Positions 10,899-22,423 of a DNA stretch of 64,000 nucleotides are shown piece by piece (position 1 is the stretch's first letter; each line of letters opens with the position of its first letter). The notes below the pieces were generated by a model. That model made no database searches. It saw nothing but the letters and a program-made list of their open reading frames with translations, and was not told the DNA's origin. A program made the position numbers and the translations under genes. This DNA is from an uncultured Chloroflexia bacterium (GTDB lineage Bacteria > Chloroflexota > Limnocylindria > Limnocylindrales > CSP1-4): NCBI GenBank assembly GCA_963763775.1, contig CAVXPZ010000001.1:1408001-1472000 (forward strand). The letters are read 5' to 3'.

Positions 10899-13054
10899 TT
10901 GGCACCGCGGATCTCGCTGGCCCTCGCGTTCCATAACCACCAGCCCGTCGGGAACTTCGGCTGGGTGTTCGCCGACGTCTACGAGCAGGCCTACCTGCCG
11001 ATGCTCGAGGCGCTCGAGCGCCACCCGAGCGTCCGAGTCTCGCTGCACTACACCGGCCCGCTCCTCCAGTGGCTCGAGGCCGAACGCCCGGAATTCATCG
11101 AGCGACTCCGCGCCATCGCGTCGCGCGAGCAGGTCGAGATCCTCGGTGGCGGCTATTACGAGCCGGTCCTGGCATCGCTCCCCGAACTCGACCGGATCGG
11201 GCAGCTTCGCCGGATGGGCGACGAGCTGGAGACCCTGTTCGGCCGCCGCCCGAAGGGCGCGTGGCTCGCGGAACGCGTGTGGGAGCCCGACCTGCCGACG
11301 TCGCTCGTCGCGGGCGGCTACGGCTGGACGATCCTCGACGATGCGCACTTCCGGGCGGCGGCGATCCCCGAAGCCGACCTGTGGGGCCCGTACTCCACGG
11401 AGGACCAGGGTCACCTGGTCGATGTCTTCGGCACCGAACAGGGGCTGCGCTACCGGATCCCGTTCCGTGACGTCGAGGACGTGATCGGGTACCTGCGGGA
11501 CCACGCCACCGAAGACGGGTCGCGGGTGGGGATGATGGGCGACGACGGCGAGAAGTTCGGCGCGTGGCCGTCGACGTTCGAGCACTGCTGGGGCGGTGGC
11601 CGCTGGGTCGAGCGGTTCTTCGAGGCGCTCGAGGCCAACGCCGATTGGCTGACCACGGTCACGCCGTCCGCGTGGCTGGCCGACCACCGCCCGATCGGCC
11701 GCGTCTACGTCCCGACCGGCTCCTACGCCGAGATGGGCGAGTGGGCCCTCCCGGCCGATGAGAGCCTCGTCTACGCCGATGTGCTGCACCGTGCCCAGGC
11801 CGAGGGCCGGCCCGAGGCACGCTGGCTGCGTGGGGCGTTCTGGCGCAACTTCCAGGTGAAGTACCGCGAGATCAACGACCTCCACAAGCAGATGCTGCGG
11901 ACCTCCGAGAAGGTCGCGGCGATGCCCGCGGGCCCTGACCGCGAGACGGCCGTCGATCACCTGTACCGCGGCCAGTCGAACGATTGCTACTGGCACGGCC
12001 TCTTCGGCGGGATCTACATCAGCCATATGCGGCTCGCGACGTACGAGCACTTGATCGCCGCCGAGGATCTCGCCGACACCGCGGCCGGCCGACTCGACGC
12101 GGCCGAGCGGCTGGACCTCGACATGGACGGCTTCGAGGAGCTCCGGCTCGCCGACCCCCGGGCAGGTCGTGACGGTCGACCTCAACGAGGGCGCCGGGAT
12201 CGGTTCCTGGGATATCCGCGCCGCCCGACACGCCGTGAACGCCGTCCTGCGCCGACGACCCGAGGCCTATCACGAGACGCTCCGTGCCTCCGAGGCGACG
12301 GCCGCGGCTGACTCCGCGGACGGCGCCGATGGAGGGTCCGCGTCGCCCGCGTCGATCCACGACGTCGTGCGCGTCAAGGAGCCGGGCCTCGTCGAGAAGT
12401 TGCGCTACGACGACCACGAACGCCGCTCCGGCCTGACGCGCTTCCTCCGCCCGGACGTCACGCCCGAGGCCTGGCCCGACGGCGCCGGCCTGGAACTCGG
12501 CGACGCGGTGGACCGCGCGTTCGACCTCCTCGAGCTCGCACCCGGCCGCGCCGTCGTGCAGCGAGACGCCACGGTGGCGGGCGAGGGCCGGGTCCGGGTC
12601 ACGAAGACCATCCGACTCGGCGGCGGCCGATCCGATCCCTCACTCGAGTTGCGCGTCGAGCTCGAGAACACCGGGCCGACGGCCGTCGTGTCGCGCTTCG
12701 GCATCGAGTCGACGACGACGATGCTCGGCGGCGGCGGCAACCCCGCCGCGTGGTGGGAGGTGGCGGGGCCGCGGACGTCGCACGACTCGGGCGGCTCCGC
12801 CAGCGACGTTCGCGGCTTCTCGCAGGGCAACTCGTACGTCGGTGTCAGGATCGCCACGTCGGTGTCGGAGCCGGCCGACGCGTGGTGGGCGCCGGTCGAC
12901 ACCGTGTCGAATTCCGAAAGCGGGTTCGAGCGCGTCTACCAGGGCAGCGGGATGCTGCTGTCATGGCCGCTGCACCTCGAACCCGGGGCCCACTGGGCCG
13001 TGACGGTCGCCAACCTCGTGACCGTCGGCCCCGATCGGGTCGTCCGAGGCGTGA
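10899..13054 (+). CDS. GH57 4-alpha-glucanotransferase/amylase with C-terminal DUF1926 (frameshift near 12157; probable second indel near 13044)
   Basis: HNHQP, WLAERVWEP, GDDGEKFGAWP, QSNDCYWHG; C-domain VSNSESGFERVYQG in ORF 12169+. Confidence 0.85.
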
Positions 13055-14411
13055 CCCGGCCGCGCCTCGTCGTCCACGGGCACTTCTACCAGCCATCGCG
13101 GATCGACCCGGCGACCGGTCTCATGCCCCCCGACCCCACGGCCGGTGACGCGGGCGACTGGAACCGGCGCATCGCCGCCGACTGCTACCGGCCGAACGCC
13201 GACCTCGGCAACTACGCGCGGATCTCGTGGGACGTCGGGCCGACCCTGTCGGCGTGGATGGAGACGGGTGACCCGGTCGCGTATCGCGGGTTCGTCGACG
13301 GCGACCGCGGCCAGAACGGGCTCGCCCAGCCGTACCACCACACGATCCTGCCGCTCGCGACCCTCGCCGACCGACGGACCGAGGTCCGCTGGGGCCTGCG
13401 CGATTTCGAAGTCCGGTTCGGACGGCGGGCTGCCGGCGTCTGGCTGCCCGAGACCGCGGTGGACCTGGCGACGCTCCAGGTCCTCGCCGAGGCCGGCGTC
13501 GAGCACACGATCCTCGCGCCGTGGCAGCTCGCCGGCGACCCGGACCCGCGACGCCCCTACCGGATCGAGCTCGAGGGCGGACGATCCATGGTCGTGGTCA
13601 TCTACGACGCGGGGCTCTCGACGTCCGTCTCCTTCGAGTCCGATGCGACGGTCGATGCGGACCGGTTCGCGCGCGAACGCATCCTGCCGCGCCTGTACGA
13701 GGGTCCCGACGGGCACGACAGCACCGATGGCGATGCACGCCGCCGTTCGTCCTCATCGCGACCGATGGCGAGCTGTACGGCCATCACCAGGCGTTCCGCG
13801 ATCACTTCCTCGCGCGACTCGTCGACCATGCCGACTTCGGCTTCGAGGTCGTGCCGCTCGCCGACGTGGCCCGGGCGGATCACCCGCACCTCGCGCCGGC
13901 GACGCTCATGGAGCGCACGTCGTGGAGCTGCCACCACGGGATCGAGCGGTGGGCCGCGGCCTGCGACTGCGTCCCCGATGGTTCCTGGAAGCGGCCGCTG
14001 CGAGCGACGCTGGACCAGCTTGCGGCCGCGATCGACACCGAGACCGAGGCGATCGCCCGCCGACTGGCCGGCTCGCCCGATCCCTGGGCGGCCCGGGACG
14101 ACTACGTCGATGTCGTCATCGGGGCGCTTGACGGGGCGGCGTTCGCGGACCGCTGGCTCGGGCGTGAGGCTCCCGCCGCAGACCGTTCCGCGTTCCTGGA
14201 GCTCATGGACGCGCAGCGCTGGCGGCTCGCGATGTTCGCGAGCTGTGGCTGGTTCTGGGACGTCCCGGAGCGGCCGGAGACGCAAGGCGTCATCCGCGCC
14301 GCCCGATACGCCGCGCGTCGCATCGACGAGCTCGCCGGCACGCAGCTCGAGTCGGATGTCCTCGACGGGCCCGGGAATCCGTCAGCCCGCGGCCTGCGCG
14401 CCACGGGCTGA
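13051..14411 (+). CDS. DUF3536 GH57-related glycoside hydrolase (frameshift near 13740)
   Basis: VHGHFYQP, HTILPLA, WLPETAVD, ATDGELYGHH, SWSCHHGIERW, MFASCGWFW. Confidence 0.85.
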
Positions 14412-14419
14412 CGAGAGGA

Positions 14420-14443
14420 GCGGGCGTCCAGGGAGACGCCCGC
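14420..14443 (-). terminator. hairpin between convergent DUF3536 gene and small peptide gene
   Basis: GCGGGCGTC-N6-GACGCCCGC. Confidence 0.55.
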
Positions 14444-14466
14444 GGTGTTCGAAAGAGTGGGTCGCC

Positions 14467-14604
14467 CTAGCGGAGCGAGACGGGGTACGAGGGCCGTCGC
14501 GGATCCGACGACTCGTCCCGGCTGTCGACGCCCCAGTAGGTCGCCGCGATGCCGAGAAGGGCCAGCGCGCCCATGATGATCAAGAGGATGATGAGCCCGG
14601 ACAT
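14467..14604 (-). CDS. 45-aa single-TM membrane peptide (MSGLIILLIIMGALALLGIAATYWGVDSRDESSDPRRPSYPVSLR), below the ORF-track cutoff
   Basis: ATG..TAG read directly; hydrophobic N-terminus; TATAAC -10 upstream and hairpin downstream. Confidence 0.75.
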   Translation of the reverse strand: MSGLIILLIIMGALALLGIAATYWGVDSRDESSDPRRPSYPVSLR

Positions 14605-14625
14605 TGGGACCTGCCTTACTTGCTT

Positions 14626-14673
14626 GTTATAGTGGACTAGGCCAAGACGAAGATTACTTGGACTATTGGACTA
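14626..14673. promoter_or_regulatory. divergent promoter region with three TGGACTA repeats (putative GntR operator)
   Basis: TGGACTA at 14633, 14659 and 14667; TAGT-GG-ACTA palindrome at 14630-14639; AT-rich. Confidence 0.6.
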
Positions 14674-15717
14674 TGTCAACAGACGAATCGTCCCTAGGAC
14701 CCACCTCGACGACATCGGGCAACGCCCTCGACGTCGAGCGGGACTCGGACGTCCCCATCTCCACACAGATCTACTGGCAGCTCGCGTATCAGATCGATTC
14801 CGGACGCCTGCTGCCTGGCTCCCGCCTGCCCCCGGTCCGGGAGCTGGGCGCCGCGCTGCGAGTCAATCCGAACACGATCCGGGCGGTCTACCGGCGGCTG
14901 GCGGACGCTGGGTACGTCACGAGCCGACACGGTGCCGGCACGCACGTCGCGGACCGGCCACCTCAGCGCCGCGGCACCGAGGCGCTCGCGGGCATCGTCT
15001 CCGAGATGCTTCGTCGTGCGGCCCATGCCGGTTTCACTTCGGACGAACTGGCCGCGGCCACCTTCGCCGCCGCCACCGAGCGCAAGCGGCCCGGACCGCT
15101 CGTCCACGTCCTCTTCACCGAGTGCACGAATGCCGATGCGGGCTACGACGCCGAGCGGCTCGTCGACGCCTTCCCGGGCATGATCGAGGCCGAGGGCGCG
15201 CTGCTCGACGACCTGCCCGAGCGCCTCGAGCGGTTCCACTACGACCTCGTCGCCACGACGACGTTCCACGCCGACGAGGCGCAGGCGCTGGTGGCGGGCC
15301 GCGTGCCCGTGGTGGCGATGCTCGTCGGACCGGGCTACGTGGAGATGGTCCACGAGATCGCCGGCCTGCCCGCGGGGCTCGCGCGTCGGGCTCGTCTGCG
15401 CGTCGGAACGCGGCAAGGACAACATGCTCGAGACCCTGGCCCTGTCGGGCACCGAGGGCGTCGACATCGTGTCGGCGCTGATCGGCGGCGAGGACGAGCT
15501 GGAGCTGGTCGACCGCACCGCCGACATCATCCTGCTCTCGCGCGAGGCGCAGGCCTCGGGGCTGGCTGAGCGCTTCTCCAGGCCCGAGCGGATCCGCTCC
15601 TGGACCTACGAATTCGACCCGTCCGGGCTCGAGTTGCTCCGTCGCGCGATCGAGAACGCCAGCGCGACCCGCCATGCCGACTCGGCGTCCCTCCCCGCCG
15701 AGGTCGCCTCCGCCTGA
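14673..15717 (+). CDS. GntR family regulator (YtrA-like HTH plus long C-terminal domain; frameshift near 15375)
   Basis: PISTQIYWQL..GSRLPPVRELGAALRVNPNTIRAVYRRL; C-terminus in ORF 15424..15717. Confidence 0.85.
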
Positions 15718-15764
15718 CGTCGCGTGGTCGCTCCGGGCGGATGCGGCCGTGCCATGCTTCGGTG

Positions 15765-18700
15765 ATGCGTGCGTTCCATGTCCAGCGGGCCGCTCGCGAG
15801 CGATACCTGATCGACCGGACGCTCATCGGGGCGAGCGGCGACCTGGTCACGGCCGATGCGGCCGCGATGCGCCGACTGGCCGCCCGGATGAACGCCGCAC
15901 GACCCGCCGGCGCGCCGTCGATCGCCGCCGGTGAGATCGCCGCCCTCGGCCTCATCCATGAGATCGGCCACCTCGTCATCGCGCGCTACGAGGCTGACCG
16001 CCGGCCCGGCGCCATGGCCGTGGCCGTGGCGTCGCTGGACGAGCGTCTTGGCCGCGATGCCACGCGCCTGCTCGACCGGTTCGGCGAGGAGTTCCCCGGA
16101 CGGGGGCCGACGCCCGAACCACCGCCAGCCCGTCTCGAGGAGCTGATCCTCATCCGGGTCGCCAACGAGAACCCGGCCGTTGGCCCGCTCCGCGAGCTCA
16201 TCGACGACCGGCCGCTGGAACGCGCGACGCGCTATCGCGAGGCGATCGCCGGGCTCGAGATCGCCTTCGCGGGCGAGCCGGCGTACGGGCCGGCCGGCGA
16301 GTCGCTCATCGAGCTCCTCCGGACACCGGCCCGCCGCTCGCCAACCTCGCTCGCGGGTCAGCTCCGCTACATCCGGGAGCACTGGGCCGGGATGCTCGGG
16401 GACGCGCTGACGACGCTCATCGCGCGATTGGAGATCGCCCTCGGGGTCATCGCCGAAGAGGAGCGAGCCCTCCATCTACGCTTCGGCGGTGCCGGCGCCG
16501 GGCCGACCGAGGCGCCGTCGTTCAGCGGCGCGGCCGACGAGGTCGAGGCGTTCTCGTCGGATTCCGCCTGGATGCCGCGGCTGGTGCTGATGGCGAAGAG
16601 CACGTACGTGTGGCTCGACCAGCTCTCGCGGGCGCACGGCCGCGAGATCCGGACCCTCGACGCCATCCCGGACGAGGAGTTGGACACGTTCGCGCGCTGG
16701 GGCGTCACCGGACTCTGGCTGATCGGCCTCTGGGAGCGCTCGAGGGCGTCGGAGCGGATCAAGCGGATGCGCGGCAACGTTGATGCCGTCGCCTCGGCGT
16801 ACTCGCTCGACGACTACCGGATCGCGGATGACATCGGTGGCGAGGCCGCGTACGCGGCGCTTCGAGACCGCGCCTGGGCGCGCGGGATCCGCCTGGCGAG
16901 CGACATGGTGCCCAACCACATGGGCATCGACTCGAGCTGGGTCGTCGACCACCCCGAGTGGTTCCTCTCACTCCCGGAGCCGCCGTATCCGGCGTACACC
17001 TTCGGGAGCGCGGATCTCTCGTCGGACGAGCGGGTCGGCATCGTGCTCGAGGACCACTACTGGGACGACAGCGATGCGGCCGTGGTGTTCAAGCGCTTCG
17101 ATCGCCGCTCGGGCGAGGCGCGCTACGTCTATCACGGCAACGACGGCACCAGCTTTCCCTGGAACGACACCGCGCAGCTCGACTTCCTCAACCCGGTCGT
17201 GCGCGAGCAGGTGATCCAGACGATCCTTGCCGTCGCGCGGCGCTTCCCGGTCATCCGCTTCGATGCGGCGATGGTGCTGGCCAAGAAGCACATCGAGCGA
17301 CTGTGGTGGCCGGAGCCAGGACAGGGCGGCGGGATCCCGTCGCGAGCCGAGCATGCGATCCCCAAGGCCGAGTTCGACGCGCGGATGCCCGTCGAGTTCT
17401 GGCGCGAGGTGGTGGACCGCGTGGCCGCCGAGGTCCCGGACACGCTGCTGCTCGCGGAGGCGTTCTGGCTGCTCGAGGGCTACTTCGTCCGGACGCTCGG
17501 CATGCACCGCGTCTACAACAGCGCGTTCATGCACATGCTCCGCGACGAGGACGGTCCCGGGTACCGCAAGGTCATCAAGGAGACCATCGAGTTCGACCCG
17601 GAGATCCTCAAGCGCTACGTCAACTTCATGAGCAACCCCGACGAGAAGACCGCGCTCGAGCAGTTCGGCAAGGGCGACAAGTACTTCGGGGTCGCGACGG
17701 TGATGGCGACGCTCCCCGGACTACCGATGCTGGGGCACGGCCAGGTCCAGGGGTTCGGCGAGAAGTACGGCATGGAGTTCCGCCGCGCGACGCTCGACGA
17801 GCGGCCGGACCCGTCGCTCGTCGAACGGCACGAGCGCGAGATCTTCCCCCTGCTGCATCGCCGGGCGTGGTTCGCGGAGGCGCACGACTTCCTGCTGTAC
17901 GACCTCGTCACGGATGGCGGCGAGGTCGACGAGCACGTGTTCGCGTACTCGAACGGGTCCGGTCCCGAGCGTTCGCTCGTCGTCTACCACGACCGGTTCG
18001 CGACCACGAGCGGGTGGATCCGCGAGTCCGCGTCGTACGTGCGCAAGTCGGCGAGCGGCGCCAAGCGCCTCGTCCGGCGATCGCTGGCCGAGGGCCTCGG
18101 GTTGCCGAACGACCCGACGGCGTTCGTGGCGTTCCGGGACGCGCGGACCGGCCTCGAGTCGCTGCGCTCCTGCCGGGCGCTCTGGGAGCACGGCCTGCAC
18201 GTCTCGCTCGAGGCGTACGAGTACCACGTGTTCTGGGAGATGCGCGAGCTCCGCGACGGGAGCGCCGGCCAGTGGGCGCGGCTGGCGGAGCGCCTCGGCG
18301 AGGGCGCGGTCCCGTCGCTCGAGGGGTCGCTCCGCGAGCTCCAGCTCGAGCCGGTCCATGCCCCGCTCCGCGCGGTCTTCCACGACGGGCTCGTGTCGAC
18401 CGTCCTCGATGGCGGCGCTGCCGTGGCCGACCTTGACACCCTCGAACGCCGGTTCGCGACCTTCCTTGCGGCCGTGGCCGCGGCGACCGGCGTCACCGGC
18501 GATCCCGCGCTCGTGGCCGCGACGGCGCGCCATCGGGCGGTCGCTGCCCTGACCGGTCCCGAGCGACCCGCGGACCGGGCGGATCGGGCGGCCCTGCTCG
18601 CCTGGCTGACGCTGTCCGACATGGGCGCACTGGCTCCTGGCGCCGACAGGGCCGCCACGAGCCGCGCCTGGTACGACGAACTGCGACTTCCGGCGCCGCT

Positions 18701-19158
18701 CGCCACGGGCCTGCGGGATGCCGGGCTCGATGAAGGAGCGGCGTGGTCCGTCGCCGATCAGGTCCGTGTGCTGCTCACCCTCCCCCGCCCGTCGACCATC
18801 GGAGGGCCGTCGCGGACCGCCGATGGGCGCCTGATGGAGCGATGGCTCGGCGACGACGTCATCCGGACCGCCATCGGGGTCAACACCTGGGAGGGCGCCG
18901 AGTGGATCGACCGCGATCGGTTCACCGCCCTGCTCGGCTGGGCCGTCCGCCTCGACGCGATCGAGGGCGTGGCGAATCGCGGACGCGCCACCGGTCCCGG
19001 CCTCGTCGAGCGCCTGACGGCTGCCGCGGAGGCGGTCGGCTATGACGTGCGGCCGCCTGCGAGAGCGGCTCTCGACGGCCGCGACATCCCCGGCGAAGGC
19101 GTCCGCGCCGCTCGCCAGGCGACCGAAGGGCTCCCCGGGACCGAAGCGAGGTCGTTGA
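15765..19158 (+). CDS. large GH13 alpha-amylase-family protein (likely frameshift near 19050; as-assembled ORF runs to 19367)
   Basis: DMVPNHMG, FPWNDTAQL, IRFDAAM, LAEAFW, FMSNPDE GH13 conserved regions. Confidence 0.85.
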
Positions 19159-19162
19159 CGCC

Positions 19163-20900
19163 TCAGCCGAACAGCGCCCGCCGGAGCAGGGCCGTCGGCG
19201 GCGACCCGTGGCTGATGGCCGTCTCGAGGTGGTCGCGATACCGGAACCCGGGCGTCGCCCCGAACCCGCCGGGCAGGTCGCGCGGCGGGTCGAGCGAGGG
19301 GTCCCCGGCGGCCCGTCGGCGCGCCTCGAGCTCGATGTCCCAGAACTCCATCGACCCGACGAAGTAGGTCGAGAGCTGCGTCGACGACAGCCGCGCGCGG
19401 CTGTACTTGGCCGTGGCCTCGGACGTCTCCTGGAAACCGCCGTCGACCATGAAGGCGACGGCCTCGTCCTCGGTCATGTCCTCGACGTGGATCCGGTGGT
19501 CGATGATCGCGTTGGTGACCGCGCGCAGGTAGAACTTCCAATGGGCGAGCAGGAGCGCCGGGTCGTCGGCGCCGTACCCCGCGTCCATCATCACCTGGGT
19601 CACGTAGACGGCCCACCCCTCGGCGAAGAGGCCGCTGCCGAAGATCGACCGGACCATCGACGGGCACCGGTTCGCGTAGACGCCCTGGAGGTAGTGGCCG
19701 GGGATCGCTTCGTGGATCGTCAGGACGCGGAGCATCCGCGCGTTGTTCTCGCGAAGGTGGGACTCGCGCTGCGCCTCGGTCCAGTCGTCGGGCACCGGGG
19801 TGATGGCGAAGAACGCGGTCTCGCCGCGGTCCAGCGGTCCCGGCGTGGACAGCATCGCCCAGCCGAACGCCCGCAGGAACGTGGGGGTCCAGCGGATCTC
19901 GAGCGGCTCGTCGGCCAGCCCGATGACGTCGTTCTCGCGGCAGTACGCCTCGATCCGGGCGGTCTCGGCGCGGCACCAGTCGAGCAGGTCCTCCGCCGCG
20001 GGGTGTTCCACGGCGATCGCGTCGAGGACGCCGCGGACGAGCCGCCCGTCGTCGTCCGGGCGAGGGCGATCCGGGCACCACACGGGCCAGAGCTCGCGCG
20101 AGAGCCGGACCATCTCGGCGCGGACCGCCGTGAACTCGCGCTCGGCCGCCGCCAGGATCCGGTCGGGCGTCAGGGCCTCGGAGCGGATCGTGTGGCGCAT
20201 CTTGCGGGCGAACATCGCCTCGCCGAGGCGCGCATCGCCCTCGCTGGCGGGCAGGACGACGTCGCGGAGGTGCGCTCTCGAAGGCAACCAGGGCGGCGCG
20301 CGCGACCTCTGCCGCGGCGAGCAGTCGCGGCGTGACAGCCGCGACGGTCGGGTCAGCGGCCGCATCGGCTGCCAGGGTCAGCGCGTCGTCGATGATCTCG
20401 GGGATCCCGGGGAGTTGCGAGAGCGCGGTCTCGGTCTGGAACCGGCCCACGGGCCGTCCGTCGACCCCGACGAGCGCCGCTGTCGCGCCGTCGAGGACCG
20501 CCGGGATGCCCTCCAGCCGTCCGGCGACCGAGGCGAGTCGGTCGGCGAGCGGGGCGAACTCACGGGCGATGAGCGTGAAAAGGCCATCGCCGAGCAGGTA
20601 GACCCACCAGAGCGGGTTCCACCGTTCCTCGCGAAGGTCGGTCGCCTCGAACCGCTCGGCTTCGAACTCGCCGAGCAGCAGGTCGCGATCGATCGCCTCG
20701 TCCGGCGTCAGCCCGTCCAGGGCCGCGAACGTGGCTTGCCACCGGTCGATGTCGGCGAGGCGCCCCGCCCGGCCGGCCTCGGCCACGTCGGGCCAGGACC
20801 CATCGAACCGGTGGTCGCCGACCGCGGTGGCCGCCACCGGGTTGGCCCGCAGGAACTCGTCGAGGAACGCCTCGAACGCGGTCTCGAAGGCGGTCTTCAC
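19163..20900 (-). CDS. DUF885 family putative metallopeptidase (frameshift near 20275)
   Basis: HEAIPGHYLQ, FAEGWA, QLSTYFVG; N-terminal half in ORF ending at 20900. Confidence 0.85.
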
Positions 20901-21331
20901 CCGGACACCCCCATGGCGGTGAGGTCGTCGCGGAAGTCCCAGCCACGTGCCTCGGTCGGCTCGATGCGGACGATGATCCCGCGGCGGTCATCGTCGAAGA
21001 ACGCCGCCGCCGCATCGCCGACGTACCGTCCGGCGATCCGCCGGATGTTCGCGCCGTACGGGCGGTCGGTGAGCTCGGCCGTGCCCCTCGCCTCGAAACC
21101 GCGCATCGGGAACCCGCGCTCGGCGACCACCACGGTCACGCGCGGGTCGCGGCGCAGATGCCGGAGCTTCGCGTCCTTGTGGGTGATCCCGATCAGGAAT
21201 CCGCCGTCCTCCCACACGAACCAGACGGGCGAGAGGGCGACCAGGCCGTCGTCGCGCATCGTCGCGAGCGTGGCCAGGTTCGGCTCGTCGAGGAGCCCGT
21301 CGAGCTGGTCCACGGTGAGGTTCCGGTTCAC
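20897..21331 (-). CDS. PPOX-class (pyridoxamine-5'-phosphate oxidase fold) putative F420-dependent enzyme
   Basis: ATLATMRDDG..SPVWF..KLRHLRRDPRVTV. Confidence 0.85.
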   Translation of the reverse strand: MNRNLTVDQLDGLLDEPNLATLATMRDDGLVALSPVWFVWEDGGFLIGITHKDAKLRHLRRDPRVTVVVAERGFPMRGFEARGTAELTDRPYGANIRRIAGRYVGDAAAAFFDDDRRGIIVRIEPTEARGWDFRDDLTAMGVSG

Positions 21332-21369
21332 GTCCGCATCGTAGCCGGGCCGGCCGCTACCATCCGTCC

Positions 21370-21966
21370 ATGCCAGCACAGACGTGGGTCGAACCGGTCG
21401 TGCTCGAGGGGTCGCGAGTCCGGCTCGAGCCACTCGAGGCCCGGCATCTCGACGACCTGCGGGCCGTCGCCTTCGACGAGCCGGTCTGGCGCTGGACGAT
21501 CATGGGCCCGCAGGACGACGCGGGTCTCCAGCGCTGGGTCGATACGGCCCTGGCGAACCAGGAGGCCGGCACGGAGCGGCCGTTCGCGACCATCGACCTC
21601 GCCACCGGGCGGGCGATCGGCAGCACCCGGTACATGTCGATCGCGCCCGAGCACAAGCGCCTCGAGATCGGCTGGACCTGGATCGGCGTCGCCTACCAGC
21701 GGACGGGGATCAACCGCGAGGCGAAGCTGCTCCAGCTGACGCACGCGTTCGAGACGCTCGAGGCGAACCGCGTGGAGTTCAAGACCCACGCCCGCAACGA
21801 GCGGTCACGCAACGCGCTCAAGGGCATCGGCGCCACGTTCGAGGGCGTGTTCCGCCAGCACGTGATCATGCCCGACGGGTCATTGCGGGACTCCGCGTGG
21901 TTCAGCATCATCCCGCCGGAGTGGCCGCTGGTGAAGGCCCGGCTGCAGGCTGGCCTCGGGTCGTGA
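21370..21966 (+). CDS. GNAT N-acetyltransferase (RimJ/RimL family)
   Basis: IGSTRY, LEIGWTW, RTGINREAK, RVEFKT..N.RS, LRDSAWFSI. Confidence 0.9.
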   Translation: MPAQTWVEPVVLEGSRVRLEPLEARHLDDLRAVAFDEPVWRWTIMGPQDDAGLQRWVDTALANQEAGTERPFATIDLATGRAIGSTRYMSIAPEHKRLEIGWTWIGVAYQRTGINREAKLLQLTHAFETLEANRVEFKTHARNERSRNALKGIGATFEGVFRQHVIMPDGSLRDSAWFSIIPPEWPLVKARLQAGLGS

Positions 21967-22039
21967 TGGCGACGGAGCGCGATATGCTCGGGGCCGATCC
22001 GGCGTCCGGCGCCGGCATCCAGGCAGCGGAGGACCGCGC

Positions 22040-22423
22040 GTGAAGGGCTTCATCATCGGGACGCTCGCGACGGCGCTCACCTTCGCGATCGTGTCGTACG
22101 TGCTCCCGCAGATCGACTACGGCGGCCAGATCGGCGGCCTGCTCGTGGTCTCCCTGATCGCCGGCGTCGTCAACGGCCTGCTCAAGCCGATCCTCAAGAT
22201 CCTGTCGCTCCCGTTGAACCTCATGACCCTCGGGTTGTTCGGGCTCGTGATCAACGCCGCGCTGCTGCTGCTCATCGCCTGGCTGTCGGACCTCATCGGG
22301 GTCACGTTCACGATCGCCGACTTCCCGCCCGACTTCACGCTCGAGACGCTCAAGATCGCGTTCATCGGTGGCGTCGCCATCAGCATCGTCGGCTCGATCG
22401 TCGGTCAGGTGGTCCACGACTGA
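22040..22423 (+). CDS. YvlD/DUF360 'phage holin family' 4-TM membrane protein
   Basis: GVVNGLLKPILKILSLPLNLMTLGLFGLVINA; RBS GGAGG. Confidence 0.85.
   Translation: MKGFIIGTLATALTFAIVSYVLPQIDYGGQIGGLLVVSLIAGVVNGLLKPILKILSLPLNLMTLGLFGLVINAALLLLIAWLSDLIGVTFTIADFPPDFTLETLKIAFIGGVAISIVGSIVGQVVHD

Noticed and set aside
14445-14466. TTCGAAAGAGTGGG resembles part of a c-di-GMP-I riboswitch
   Set aside because: Flanking GGCAAACC and GACGCAAAG elements and the second stem are absent; it lies between convergent gene ends
12169-14640. Apparent GH57-DUF1926::DUF3536 in-frame fusion ORF
   Set aside because: GAGGCGTGA at 13046-13054 looks like a normal GTGA stop/start overlap; one extra base explains the fusion
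21963-22043. 26-codon ORF bridging the GNAT stop and the yvlD start
   Set aside because: No coding features; contains a TATGCT -10 and the RBS of the next gene, so probably intergenic
22040-22423. 'Phage holin' as evidence of a prophage
   Set aside because: YvlD/DUF360 is a common chromosomal family; no phage genes nearby
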